Shown piece after piece: positions 1 through 8,755 of a stretch of DNA of 64,000 bases. Each line of letters begins with the position of its first letter. Within the stretch, counting starts at the first letter, position 1. A program made the position numbers and the translations under genes. This DNA is from an uncultured Candidatus Saccharibacteria bacterium (lineage in GTDB: Bacteria > Patescibacteriota > Minisyncoccia > Phycocordibacterales > Zambryskibacteraceae), in NCBI GenBank assembly GCA_964509605.1, contig CAZDXF010000001.1, positions 8,276 through 72,275 of the forward strand, in the 5' to 3' direction. Under the pieces are notes generated by a model that was given only the letters and a program-made list of their open reading frames with translations, was not told the DNA's origin and made no database searches.

Positions 1-1040
1 AGAGTCTTCAAAAAGAAGAGGAGGAGTTGAGGGAAGTGATGAAGAAATGGCAGTCTTTGATGGTTCAAGTTCCCAATATTCCGGATATCTCTGTTCCGGA
101 AGGTGATACTGATGAGCAAAATGTTGAGATAAAAAAATGGGGCGATATTTCAGAAAATAAAAAAGTTTCAAAAAATCATGTTGAGATAATGTATGACCTC
201 GGAATTTTAGACATTGAAAGAGGAACAAAAGTCGCAGGTTTTAGAGGTTATGTTTTAAAAGGAGATGGGGCTCTTCTTTCTTTTGCGATTTGGCAGTACG
301 GACTGGATTTTTTTTCAAAGAAGGGTTTTACACCAATGATAGTGCCATCGCTTGTAAGAAGAGAAAATTTTTTTGGCACAGGTTATCTTCCTCAAAGTGA
401 AGAAGATTTGTATAAGACTCAAGATGGAGATTTTTTGGCCGGAACGGCAGAGGTCCCCACTATGGGATATTATGCGGAAGAAAATTTTAAGAAAGAAGAT
501 CTCCCGAAAAAAATACTTTCTTTTTCTCCGTGTTTTAGGAGAGAGGCAGGAAGTCACGGAAAAGATGTAAAGGGCATCTTTAGAGTCCACGAATTTTTCA
601 AACTTGAGCAGGTTGTTCTATGCGAAGCCAGCCACGAAGAATCGGTTCGTCACCACGAAGAGATAAACAGAAATACCGAAGAGTTTATAGAATCTCTAGG
701 AATACCTTACAGAACTGTTGTGAATTGTGGGGGAGATTTGGGTCTTGGTCAGGTTAAAAAATATGATATAGAGCTCTGGGTTCCGTCTGAGGGTAAATAT
801 AGAGAAATAAGCTCAGCCTCTTATTTCCACGATTTTCAAACTAGACGATTGAATATTAGATACAAAGATGAAGACGGAAAACTTAAATATACTCACTCTT
901 TAAACTCCACAGCAGTTCCCACTCCAAGACTTTTTATTTCTTTGGTGGAAAACAACCTAGACCAAGACGGTTCTGTGCGTTTGCCAGATGTTTTAGTTCC
1001 TTATATGGGTGGTAAAAAATCTATCTCTAAGAACTCTTAG
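1..1040 (+). CDS. serS: seryl-tRNA synthetase, 5'-truncated by window edge
   Basis: Class II aaRS motifs are present (FRGYVLKG, TPMIVPSLVRRE, FSPCFRREAGSHGKD, GIFRVHEFFKLE, RRLNIRY). The reading frame is open from the window start. Confidence 0.9.
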   Translation, partial: SLQKEEEELREVMKKWQSLMVQVPNIPDISVPEGDTDEQNVEIKKWGDISENKKVSKNHVEIMYDLGILDIERGTKVAGFRGYVLKGDGALLSFAIWQYGLDFFSKKGFTPMIVPSLVRRENFFGTGYLPQSEEDLYKTQDGDFLAGTAEVPTMGYYAEENFKKEDLPKKILSFSPCFRREAGSHGKDVKGIFRVHEFFKLEQVVLCEASHEESVRHHEEINRNTEEFIESLGIPYRTVVNCGGDLGLGQVKKYDIELWVPSEGKYREISSASYFHDFQTRRLNIRYKDEDGKLKYTHSLNSTAVPTPRLFISLVENNLDQDGSVRLPDVLVPYMGGKKSISKNS

Positions 1041-1069
1041 ACAAAGATTTTTGTGGAATTTAAATTTAA

Positions 1070-1873
1070 ATGCCTTCTTCACTTCGTTCGCCAAATTTAA
1101 TACGAAAGAGAAGAAAGAGAAAAATACTCAAGACACTTTTCTTTTTAGCATCTTTTACTGCGATTTTAATCGGGCCTTCTATTATTACTAAAAGTGATTA
1201 CTTGGAGATAAGAGACATCCAAGTGAGTGGAAATTCTGTCGTTAAGTCTGAAGAAATTATTTCAATCGCAAATGAAGAAATAAAAGGCAACTATTTTTAT
1301 CTTTATTCAAAAAAGAATTTTGCTCTATATCCAAAGAAGAAAATAGAAGAAAAAATTCTTTCACAACACAAAAGAATTAAATCGGTAAGTATGGAAGTTT
1401 CTGGTTTTGAAACTATGAATATTTCTGTAGAAGAGAGAAATCCTGAGTTTCTTTGGTGCAGTCATTTAGATGAGTGTTTTTTTGTAGATGATACGGGAAT
1501 TATTTTTGATAAATCTCCAAACTTTTCTTCTGATGTCTATTTTGTCTTTAGAAATGGAATCGAGGGTGATCCTATAGGGCAAAGAGTATTTGATGAAGAT
1601 ACTTTTTTCAAAGTACTCGAATTTATTGATGGTTTAGAAATTTTGTCTTTCACACCTTCCGTTTTGTATATAGATGACAATAATTTAGAAATATTTGTTT
1701 CCAAGGACTCTAGTATCTTGGTAAGGGCGGATGATGATTTAGAGAGATCTTTGTCTAATTTGGAGTCAATATTAAATGATCCCAAGTTAGAACTTGTAAA
1801 TGGTAAAGACTTCAATTTTTCATATTTAGATTTAAGGTTTGGAAATAAGGTTTTTTACAAAAAAAGCGAATAA
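1070..1873 (+). CDS. FtsQ/DivIB-like cell division protein (N-terminal TM + POTRA-like)
   Basis: Basic N-terminus, one TM helix, then IRDIQVSGNSVVKSEEI, which resembles a POTRA domain start. Confidence 0.45.
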   Translation: MPSSLRSPNLIRKRRKRKILKTLFFLASFTAILIGPSIITKSDYLEIRDIQVSGNSVVKSEEIISIANEEIKGNYFYLYSKKNFALYPKKKIEEKILSQHKRIKSVSMEVSGFETMNISVEERNPEFLWCSHLDECFFVDDTGIIFDKSPNFSSDVYFVFRNGIEGDPIGQRVFDEDTFFKVLEFIDGLEILSFTPSVLYIDDNNLEIFVSKDSSILVRADDDLERSLSNLESILNDPKLELVNGKDFNFSYLDLRFGNKVFYKKSE

Positions 1874-1888
1874 TAGCATAATAAAGAT

Positions 1889-2275
1889 ATGCATTTTCTT
1901 CTATTTATCCCTTATTACGCAAAGTGGCATTATGGCCGAGGTATAACAGAGCTTGTTTTTAATCTAAAAAATTTAGTTATTTTTGTATTCAACTTCTTTT
2001 CAATACCGGTCCTGTTAAGAACTCTAGTGAGCCCCTGGGAGAGGATGGGCGAATCTTATAAAAAAGGTTTTGATTTGGAGTCTTGGGCAGAGACTTTTGT
2101 TTTGAATTCCATAATGAGGTTTGTAGGTCTTCTCATAAGAACAATCACCATCTTTCTGGGACTTATTTTGTCTAGCATCTCTTTTTTGCTGGCGATATTG
2201 GTATTTTTGTCTTGGATTTTGATGCCGTTTCTCCTGCTGTTCTTTTTGGGGATCGGGATAGCAAAACTTTTATGA
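1889..2275 (+). CDS. small polytopic membrane protein
   Basis: Four hydrophobic helices. The stop TGA (2273-2275) overlaps the ATG (2272-2274) of the next gene as ATGA. Confidence 0.4.
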   Translation: MHFLLFIPYYAKWHYGRGITELVFNLKNLVIFVFNFFSIPVLLRTLVSPWERMGESYKKGFDLESWAETFVLNSIMRFVGLLIRTITIFLGLILSSISFLLAILVFLSWILMPFLLLFFLGIGIAKLL

Positions 2276-4644
2276 ATTGGGTAGATCTCAACAAAAAAAT
2301 ATCTATTTGGCGACCGGCGGTTTTTTTGGAGAGAACTGTTGGGCACTCTACGAGGAGGGTTTTAAAACAAACCTTTTTGTTGATAGCGGTTCTGTCTTTT
2401 GCATTCGCTTCCGGGATTTTTATTGAGCCAAACAGCGCTCTGACAGGACTTTTCTTTATTTTCTTTTTCGCTTTTCTACTTGCTGTATTGGCAGAAAGCT
2501 TTTTTTATTCTTTTTTCTTCAGGGAATCTGAAAGCAGTTCTTTTGGGTTTGAGACCGCTATTTTTGTTTCATATACAGATAGAGATGATTTAACCAAAGG
2601 TTTTTTCTCTTCAAAATATGCGGAAAGTATTTTGCTTAGGTTGGGCATAGACAAAGATTCTGCTAAACACTTTTTAGATCGTAGACAAAGAAAAATTTCA
2701 CCAGCTCAAGCCGTTTTTCCAGATTCCGCTTCTATTTTAGAATCGTATCTTTTGGGGATTGTCTCTGCAGATAAAGAGTTTGAAGCGTTTTTGTTCTTGC
2801 ACGGAGCAAGTCCAGAAATTTTTGTTAGATGTTCAAAATGGGTTATTGGCTCTCTGCGCAGAAAAATAGACAAGGAAAGGTGGTGGAGCAAGAAAAGACT
2901 TTCTTCAATAAAACCAATAGGCGGAAGTTGGTCTTATGGAAAAACTTATTTTCTAGAGCGTTTTAGCACACCTTTAAGGGTGGCTGTGTCTCCAGAATCT
3001 TCTTATCACAGGGAAGAAGCCATCTCGCTTGAGACCATTCTTTCCAAAGGCAGAGAATCCAACGCTTTGATAGTTGGAGATGAAGGTGTTGGAAAAATGG
3101 AAGTAATAGAAACTTTAGTCCAAAAGATTAGAAATGGTAAAAGCTCTAAATTCTTAGAATCAAAAAACTTTATTGTGTTTGAAGCTGTAAATTTTGTTTC
3201 CGCGATGGGAGAAAAAGAAATTTTTGAAAGAGCTTTTATAAAACTAATGAACGAAGCATCTTCAGCTGGAAATGTTGTCCTCATAATTCCAGATTTTTCC
3301 GGTTTTTTGAAAAATGCGGAATCCATTGGAAGTGATGTCTCAGAGATTATAGATCCATATCTTTCTTCTTCGGGTCTTCAGGTGGTGGCAGTCTCAAATA
3401 CCAGAGCATTTCATTCGGTTTTAGAGGCAAATCAGGCAATAATGCAAAGATTTGATACCGTTTTAGTCAAAGAAGGAGCTGAAGCGGAAATTTTTTCTAC
3501 TTTGGAAGAGGGGATTTCTTTTATGGAAAGACGAGAGGGTGCTTTCTTTACATACCAAGCAATAGCAGAAGCGCTTTCTGGTGCGGAAAGGTACTTTGTT
3601 GGTTCTCCAATTTTGGACACTGCGCTTGATATCCTCTCTCAATCTACGGCCAGAGCATTTTCTCAGGGCAGAAATTTAGTCTTAAAAGAAGATGTTTTGA
3701 GTATCATAAAGTCAGAAACAGGAGTTCCTGTCGGTGAAGTCTCTGAAGCGGAACAGGAAAAGCTTGCGAAATTGGAAGAACACCTGCGACAAAGGATTGT
3801 AGGGCAAGACGAGGCCATTACAACCATAAGTAATGCTTTGCGTCGTTCTCGGGCTGGTATTGGAAATCCAAATAAACCAATAGGTTCTTTTCTTTTCTTG
3901 GGCCCTACTGGTGTGGGGAAGACAGAAACCGCCAAAGCTCTGACAGAAATATTTTTTGGGCAAAAAGGCAAGATGATGCGTCTTGATATGTCGGAATACA
4001 ACTCTCCAGATGCTTTGAACCGACTTATCGGATTTGCTGGAACTGGTGATGGAGGGGTGCTAGGTTCTATGTTGCGAGAAAACCCTTATGCTGTTCTTTT
4101 GCTGGATGAGTTTGAAAAGACAAATGAAAAAGTTTTAGATTTGTTTCTGCAGATTTTGGACGAAGGAATTTTTTCAGATGTTTTGGGTAGGAAGGTCAGT
4201 GCTAGAAATACAATTATCATAGCCACATCAAATGCGGGGAGCGATATTATATTTGAATCTGTAATGGCTGGAGATAACTTGGAGGATAAAAAAGATTTTA
4301 TAATAGAAGAAATTATAAAAAGAGGGGTGTACAAACCAGAGCTTCTAAATCGTTTTGACGGAATAACACTTTTCCATCCATTAAACGAGAATGAATTAAA
4401 AGAAGTCGCTGGTCTTATGCTTGAGCGTCTAGCATTTAGACTTAAAGCTCAAGGTATTACTTTGAATCCGACAGAAGATCTCATACAATTTTTAGTTTCA
4501 AAAGGTGGAGACCCAAAATTTGGAGCCAGAGCTCTCAATCGTGAGATTCAGGAGACAGTTGAAAAGGTCATTGCTGACAAAATTTTGCGAGGTGAACTTC
4601 GGCCCGGTTCGGAACTTTATCTTTCTTCTTCCGATCTTATCTGA
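2272..4644 (+). CDS. Clp/Hsp100-family AAA+ ATPase with N-terminal TM segments and a degenerate D1 Walker A
   Basis: D2 Walker A GPTGVGKTETAKAL, sensor/arginine region and ClpB-D2-small-like C-terminus. D1 is GDEGVGKM (Ser/Thr lost). Clp_N-like repeat AESILLRLGIDKD. Two hydrophobic helices at the N-terminus. Start taken at the ATGA-coupled ATG 2272 rather than the track start 2212. Confidence 0.7.
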   Translation: MNWVDLNKKISIWRPAVFLERTVGHSTRRVLKQTFLLIAVLSFAFASGIFIEPNSALTGLFFIFFFAFLLAVLAESFFYSFFFRESESSSFGFETAIFVSYTDRDDLTKGFFSSKYAESILLRLGIDKDSAKHFLDRRQRKISPAQAVFPDSASILESYLLGIVSADKEFEAFLFLHGASPEIFVRCSKWVIGSLRRKIDKERWWSKKRLSSIKPIGGSWSYGKTYFLERFSTPLRVAVSPESSYHREEAISLETILSKGRESNALIVGDEGVGKMEVIETLVQKIRNGKSSKFLESKNFIVFEAVNFVSAMGEKEIFERAFIKLMNEASSAGNVVLIIPDFSGFLKNAESIGSDVSEIIDPYLSSSGLQVVAVSNTRAFHSVLEANQAIMQRFDTVLVKEGAEAEIFSTLEEGISFMERREGAFFTYQAIAEALSGAERYFVGSPILDTALDILSQSTARAFSQGRNLVLKEDVLSIIKSETGVPVGEVSEAEQEKLAKLEEHLRQRIVGQDEAITTISNALRRSRAGIGNPNKPIGSFLFLGPTGVGKTETAKALTEIFFGQKGKMMRLDMSEYNSPDALNRLIGFAGTGDGGVLGSMLRENPYAVLLLDEFEKTNEKVLDLFLQILDEGIFSDVLGRKVSARNTIIIATSNAGSDIIFESVMAGDNLEDKKDFIIEEIIKRGVYKPELLNRFDGITLFHPLNENELKEVAGLMLERLAFRLKAQGITLNPTEDLIQFLVSKGGDPKFGARALNREIQETVEKVIADKILRGELRPGSELYLSSSDLI

Positions 4645-4679
4645 TTTCTTTTTGAATTTTTTTGGTATAGTCTTTCGTT

Positions 4680-5717
4680 GTGTCTTTTTGGAATAAACTT
4701 AAAAAACCGATAGTCGTTTTAGCCCCTATGGCCGATGTTACCGACTCGGCTTTTCGGCGAATAATTGCGAAATATTCAAGACCGTCTGGCCCCGATGTTT
4801 TTTGGACTGAATTTGTTTCAGCTGACGGGCTAGTTAGGGCGAATACAGAAGGAAAGAAAAAGCTTCTCAAAGATTTGGAATTTAGTGAAGGGGAGCGTCC
4901 TATCGTAGCTCAGCTTTTTTCTGGTAATCCAGAATATATGAAAGAAGCGAGTGCACTTTGCAAAGATCTTGGTTTTGACGGAATAGATATAAATATGGGT
5001 TGTCCGGATAGGGGAATAGAAAAGCAGGGGGCGGGGGCAGCAATGATAAGAAATCCTGAAAATGCTTTAGCTGTTTTAAAATCTGCTCAAGAAGGAGCGG
5101 GAGGGTTGCCAGTTTCTGTGAAAACAAGATTGGGTTATAACAAAGATGAATTGGAAACTTGGCTTCCAAAGCTTTTGTCCTTAAATCCGGCAGTTGTTAC
5201 TATCCATGCTCGTACAAGAAAAGAAATGTCAAAAGTTCCTGCTCGTTGGGAGCGAGTGAAAAGAGCTGTTGAAATAAGAGATTCTCTTGGATTGGAAACT
5301 TTGATTTTTGGAAATGGTGATTTAGAAAGTGTTGAGGACGCTTTAGTAAAAGTGGGTGAGACGGGGGCAGACGGAGCAATGCTTGGCAGGGCAATTTTTG
5401 GAACGCCTTGGTTATTTGCGAATAAAGCTTTAAGTGTAAAAGAAAAACTTTCTATATTGGTTGAACACACAAAATTGTTTGAAGAACTTTTGGGTGGTGT
5501 GAAAAATTTTGCTGTAATGAAAAAACATTTCAAAGCTTACTTGTCCGGCGTAGCTTTACCTCGTCCGTCCGTAACCTTTGGTGAAGGGGGAGCAAAGTCG
5601 GATGTGACAGGTTTTGACGGAGCGGGGGATTTGAGAGCCAAACTAATGGAAACAGAAAATTCTAGCGAGGTTGAGGGGGTTGTTGGTGAGTGGTTGAAAA
5701 CTGTGGAAAACTCTTGA
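4680..5717 (+). CDS. dus: tRNA-dihydrouridine synthase
   Basis: VLAPMADVTDSAFR, the catalytic Cys motif INMGCP, and a TIM-barrel Dus signature. Confidence 0.85.
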   Translation: MSFWNKLKKPIVVLAPMADVTDSAFRRIIAKYSRPSGPDVFWTEFVSADGLVRANTEGKKKLLKDLEFSEGERPIVAQLFSGNPEYMKEASALCKDLGFDGIDINMGCPDRGIEKQGAGAAMIRNPENALAVLKSAQEGAGGLPVSVKTRLGYNKDELETWLPKLLSLNPAVVTIHARTRKEMSKVPARWERVKRAVEIRDSLGLETLIFGNGDLESVEDALVKVGETGADGAMLGRAIFGTPWLFANKALSVKEKLSILVEHTKLFEELLGGVKNFAVMKKHFKAYLSGVALPRPSVTFGEGGAKSDVTGFDGAGDLRAKLMETENSSEVEGVVGEWLKTVENS

Positions 5718-5741
5718 TTTATTTTGCAATAGTTGTATAAT
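5714..5741 (+). promoter_or_regulatory. sigma70-like promoter (TTGATT-16-TATAAT) for the GC-rich gene
   Basis: TTGATT at 5714-5719 and TATAAT at 5736-5741, followed by SD AGGAGG at 5788-5793. Confidence 0.4.
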
Positions 5742-5800
5742 AGCTGATGGAAGTACCTATTGTATTCTCTGTATTCTCACCACAGACTAGGAGGTTTATC

Positions 5801-6343
5801 ATGGCACTGCCCAAACGGGCATTTGAGCAAGACTTCGTACCTCCTCCGTCATTGACGGATGATGTTGGTAGGAAGAGGTCGAAAGGACCAAGGGGCGTTC
5901 TTCCTGTGGACAAAGAGATCGCACGCTCTTTCTCCAGGATGATGCTCATGGGACCAAAGAGCACTCGTGCCCCCTTCGTGCCGACGGCCGAAGTGGTGGA
6001 TCCAGAGCTCTTGGCGGCAGCTCTCGAGCATCCGGAGACCCTCGACGATCTTCCAGACGAGGAGGTGGATATCCACCCATTCTCGCTGGAAAACACCGGA
6101 GAGATCAGGATCTCCGCTCTCAGAGGAGACAGTCGAGAGACGCCCTTCGCCACACAAGATCTGGATGTGGCGGATGAGGATGAGCTTCCTGGTTTTTTCC
6201 CGGAGGCAGGGTTTCAGGTCTTCAATTCCGTTCACGACCTGGAGGAGAGAGACCGAAAGTTTCTCGATTCCGATCGCATGAGAGTCGAGAGGTGTTGCCG
6301 GAGGAACGGCATTCCTCTTTCCGATGGTGACGAGGACAACTAG
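5801..6343 (+). CDS. GC-rich acidic hypothetical protein (181 aa), foreign-looking cassette
   Basis: ATG at 5801, 7 nt after a perfect AGGAGG SD. About 58% GC against about 35% for the genome. Acidic, Pro-rich product MALPKRAFEQDFVPPPS...DEDN. Confidence 0.55.
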   Translation: MALPKRAFEQDFVPPPSLTDDVGRKRSKGPRGVLPVDKEIARSFSRMMLMGPKSTRAPFVPTAEVVDPELLAAALEHPETLDDLPDEEVDIHPFSLENTGEIRISALRGDSRETPFATQDLDVADEDELPGFFPEAGFQVFNSVHDLEERDRKFLDSDRMRVERCCRRNGIPLSDGDEDN

Positions 6344-6346
6344 GCT

Positions 6347-6411
6347 GTTCGAGAGCCAGCTCTCGAACTCCGAAGGGCGAGACGCAGGACGCGTCTCGCC
6401 CTTTCATCTTT
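6347..6411 (+). terminator. two consecutive GC-rich hairpins then T-rich tail (intrinsic terminator)
   Basis: GTTCGAGAG/CTCTCGAAC at 6347-6368, then GGGCGAGACGC-aggac-GCGTCTCGCCC at 6375-6401, then TTTCATCTTT. Confidence 0.6.
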
Positions 6412-6502
6412 CCATCAATATATTTCTGTCTACTGACTATTGTCTACTATTTTCTGTTTTTCTCATAATTCCTGATTTTTACCTTTCTGATATACTGTTC
6501 CC

Positions 6503-7555
6503 ATGAAAGAAAAAGCGGGATATTCCGCTCTGTACAGAAAATATCGACCGCAAGACTTTTCTGAAGTGATCGGGCAAGATCATGTTGTAAAAGTCTTGGA
6601 GTCTTCTGCGAAAGATGGAAATATCGCTCACAGTTATCTTTTCGCCGGTTCTCGAGGGACGGGTAAGACATCTCTAGCCAGAATTTTTTCAAAGAGCATC
6701 GGCTGTTCTCAAAACGATTTGGTGGAAATAGACGCTGCTTCAAATCGTGGAATAGACGATGTTCGTGCCATTCGCGAGGGAGTCGTATCTCTGCCTTTCG
6801 AATCTCCTTACAAAGTTTACATAATAGATGAAGCGCATATGCTTACAAAAGAAGCATGGAATGCATTTCTCAAAACCCTTGAAGAGCCACCTTCTCACGC
6901 TGTTTTTATTTTAGCGACCACAGAAATGGAAAAAATTCCCGAGACCGTTTTATCTCGTTGCCAAATTTTTCAATTTAAAAAACCTGACACAGCGATGCTC
7001 AAAAATCTCGTCTCAAGCATTGCAAAGAAAGAAAAAGTTTCTATAGATTCTTCAGGTGCGGAGCTCATCGCTCTTTTGGGCGACGGCTCTTTTAGGGACA
7101 CTCTCGGAATCTTGCAAAAAGTCATTGGATTTTCAAAAGATGGAAAAATTTCAGCAGATGAAATAGAGACTGTCGCTGGTGCGCCGAGAGGGGAGACGGT
7201 CAACGCTTTTATAAAAGCTATTTCAGAAAAGGAAGCTGGTAGAGCAATAAAAACCATCCGTGATGCCAGAGAGTCCAATTTGGATATGAAAGTGTTTATA
7301 AAGCTTGTTTTACACAAAATGCGACTCGTTCTGCTTTTGAAATTTGCAAAGGAGATGGAAAAAGATATAAAAGCAGAAGTTTCTGAAAATGACCTCATCT
7401 TCTTAAAAGAAATTTCAGAATCAAAAGAAAGCGCGATTTCTTCCTCAACACTTTCCGAATTTTTGTTAGCAAGCGAGCAAGTTGGCAGGTCTTTTATCCC
7501 AGAGCTTCCAATAGAACTTGCGATAATCCGCCTTTTGGGGAACAATACTCCCTAG
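6503..7555 (+). CDS. dnaX: DNA polymerase III gamma/tau subunit (short form)
   Basis: YRKYRPQDFSEVIGQ, Walker A GSRGTGKTS, DEAH-like IIDEAHML, and a sensor motif. Confidence 0.8.
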   Translation: MKEKAGYSALYRKYRPQDFSEVIGQDHVVKVLESSAKDGNIAHSYLFAGSRGTGKTSLARIFSKSIGCSQNDLVEIDAASNRGIDDVRAIREGVVSLPFESPYKVYIIDEAHMLTKEAWNAFLKTLEEPPSHAVFILATTEMEKIPETVLSRCQIFQFKKPDTAMLKNLVSSIAKKEKVSIDSSGAELIALLGDGSFRDTLGILQKVIGFSKDGKISADEIETVAGAPRGETVNAFIKAISEKEAGRAIKTIRDARESNLDMKVFIKLVLHKMRLVLLLKFAKEMEKDIKAEVSENDLIFLKEISESKESAISSSTLSEFLLASEQVGRSFIPELPIELAIIRLLGNNTP

Positions 7556-7604
7556 CTTTTATTTTCTAAAAGCTAAAAGCTATTAACTATAAACTGTTTT
7601 AATT

Positions 7605-7695
7605 TTGCCGGTTCGTCCCTCGGCCGTAGCTCGGAGGCCAAGGCCTACGGGCGGCTCACCCGTAGGGCTATGCCCGAGGGAGGCTAATGGTAGGA
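7605..7695 (+). repeat. duplicated 5' segment of tRNA-Gln (nt 1-23) split by a 67-nt GC-rich stem-loop (7618-7684)
   Basis: TTGCCGGTTCGTC (7605-7617) plus TAATGGTAGGA (7685-7695) equals 7946-7970 of the intact tRNA. The insert is CCTCGG...CCTACGGG-cggctca-CCCGTAGG...CCGAGG. Confidence 0.7.
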
Positions 7696-7944
7696 TATAT
7701 GCATTTTTTTGTTTATGTATTGAAAAGTGAAAAGGATAACAATTTTTATATTGGCTGTACTTCAAATTTGCAAAATAGACTTAAACAGCATTTATCTGGT
7801 AAAGTTCTTTCTACAAAAGCTCGATTACCATTAAAGCTTATATACAAAGAGTTTTTTATTGACAAGTATGAAGCGTATAGAGTTGAAAGATTTTATAAGA
7901 CCGCCGTTGGTAAGCGAGTTTTGAGAAAGAAGATAAACAAATAA
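7687..7944 (+). CDS. GIY-YIG nuclease, YhbQ/UPF0213-like (about 81-85 aa)
   Basis: FFVYVLKSEKDNNFYIGCTSNLQNRLKQHLSGK and YRVERFYKTAVGKR match the YhbQ-type GIY-YIG (URI) domain. An alternative ATG lies at 7699. Confidence 0.7.
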   Translation: MVGYMHFFVYVLKSEKDNNFYIGCTSNLQNRLKQHLSGKVLSTKARLPLKLIYKEFFIDKYEAYRVERFYKTAVGKRVLRKKINK

Positions 7945-7947
7945 AAT

Positions 7948-8018
7948 TGCCGGTTCGTCTAATGGTAGGACACCTCCCTTTGGAGGAGGCTATTGGGGTT
8001 CGAGTCCCTGACCGGCAG
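7948..8018 (+). tRNA. tRNA-Gln (anticodon TTG)
   Basis: Acceptor TGCCGGT/ACCGGCA with a U1:A72 pair and G73. Anticodon arm CCTCC-CTTTGGA-GGAGG. T-loop TTCGAGT. CCA is not encoded. Confidence 0.8.
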
Positions 8019-8194
8019 CAATGCAAAGTTTTGATAGCTTTTGCTATCTAAAACTTGCATACTGCCAGGTAGGAAGTGAATTTCTTCACTTCCGTTAGGA
8101 ACTCGAAAAGCGCAGTTATGTTTTGCTAACAAGCAAAACAGACGAGCTAGGGTCGTGAAATTTTGCGAGCGACGGCGAGCAAAATATTCCTGAC

Positions 8195-8213
8195 CGAGTC
8201 CCTGACCGGCAGC
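8195..8213 (+). repeat. 19-nt direct repeat of the tRNA-Gln 3' end (att-like remnant)
   Basis: CGAGTCCCTGACCGGCAGC at 8195-8213 is identical to 8001-8019. Confidence 0.7.
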
Positions 8214-8311
8214 CAACTCGTGATAGGTTATCGCGCTCGAGACGCATCTAGGAAACACTTCCCAAACTCTGCATAGAGTAGTATTTTGTGCAAAAGCGAT
8301 AGAATAAATAT

Positions 8312-8755
8312 ATGGCAGTTAAGAGGCTAAAAAATGGAGAATCAGGAAAAACTGGTGAACAGGACATAGTAAATCTTGTGCCTTGTCCAAATTGTTCAAA
8401 AAAGTTAATGGTTCTTCCGCCAAATTTTCCTCTCTACGATATTCAGTGTACTGGATGTCAGTTTCGTGCCCAAGTTAAAACAAATCGGTGTAAACCTAAG
8501 TCAATTTTATTTGGTGCGGGATGGCAAATCATGAATAAAGTTTTAAAATCTGGTTACATGACCCCACCGCTTTTTCTGAACTTTAAGTGGATAGAAAAGG
8601 GTCAACAAAAACAAGAGATAAGATTTTATCCATTTGTACCAAAGAAAAATCTATCAAACTACACACTTTCACCAACAGCTCGCAGGGCTAACTATGAAAT
8701 GTTTACTTATGTAGGAATGGATAAATTGCCGTATTTCTTGGTTTATGAAAAATAA
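8312..8755 (+). CDS. Zn-ribbon nuclease-like protein (possible DpnI/DRP-type PD-(D/E)xK core)
   Basis: CPNCSKK...PLYDIQCTGCQFRAQVKT parallels the DpnI catalytic segment CPNCG...VADFYCNHCSEEFELKSK, with D and xK conserved and Q in place of E. Confidence 0.3.
   Translation: MAVKRLKNGESGKTGEQDIVNLVPCPNCSKKLMVLPPNFPLYDIQCTGCQFRAQVKTNRCKPKSILFGAGWQIMNKVLKSGYMTPPLFLNFKWIEKGQQKQEIRFYPFVPKKNLSNYTLSPTARRANYEMFTYVGMDKLPYFLVYEK

Noticed and set aside
1889-2275. Frameshifted single gene joining 1889..2275 and 2212..4644
   Set aside because: The genes are in different frames with a clean ATGA overlap (stop/start coupling). An internal ATG at 2272 gives a sensible Clp N-terminus.
6970-7545. 191-aa antisense ORF inside dnaX (and similar antisense ORFs such as 315..590, 3006..3326, 16144..16452, 47554..48054, 34828..35358)
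   Set aside because: They lie fully within well-supported genes on the opposite strand, with no start context or domains.
7583-7765. 60-aa minus-strand ORF across the GC hairpin insert
   Set aside because: It overlaps the tRNA fragment and hairpin and is reading-frame noise in a GC-rich palindrome.
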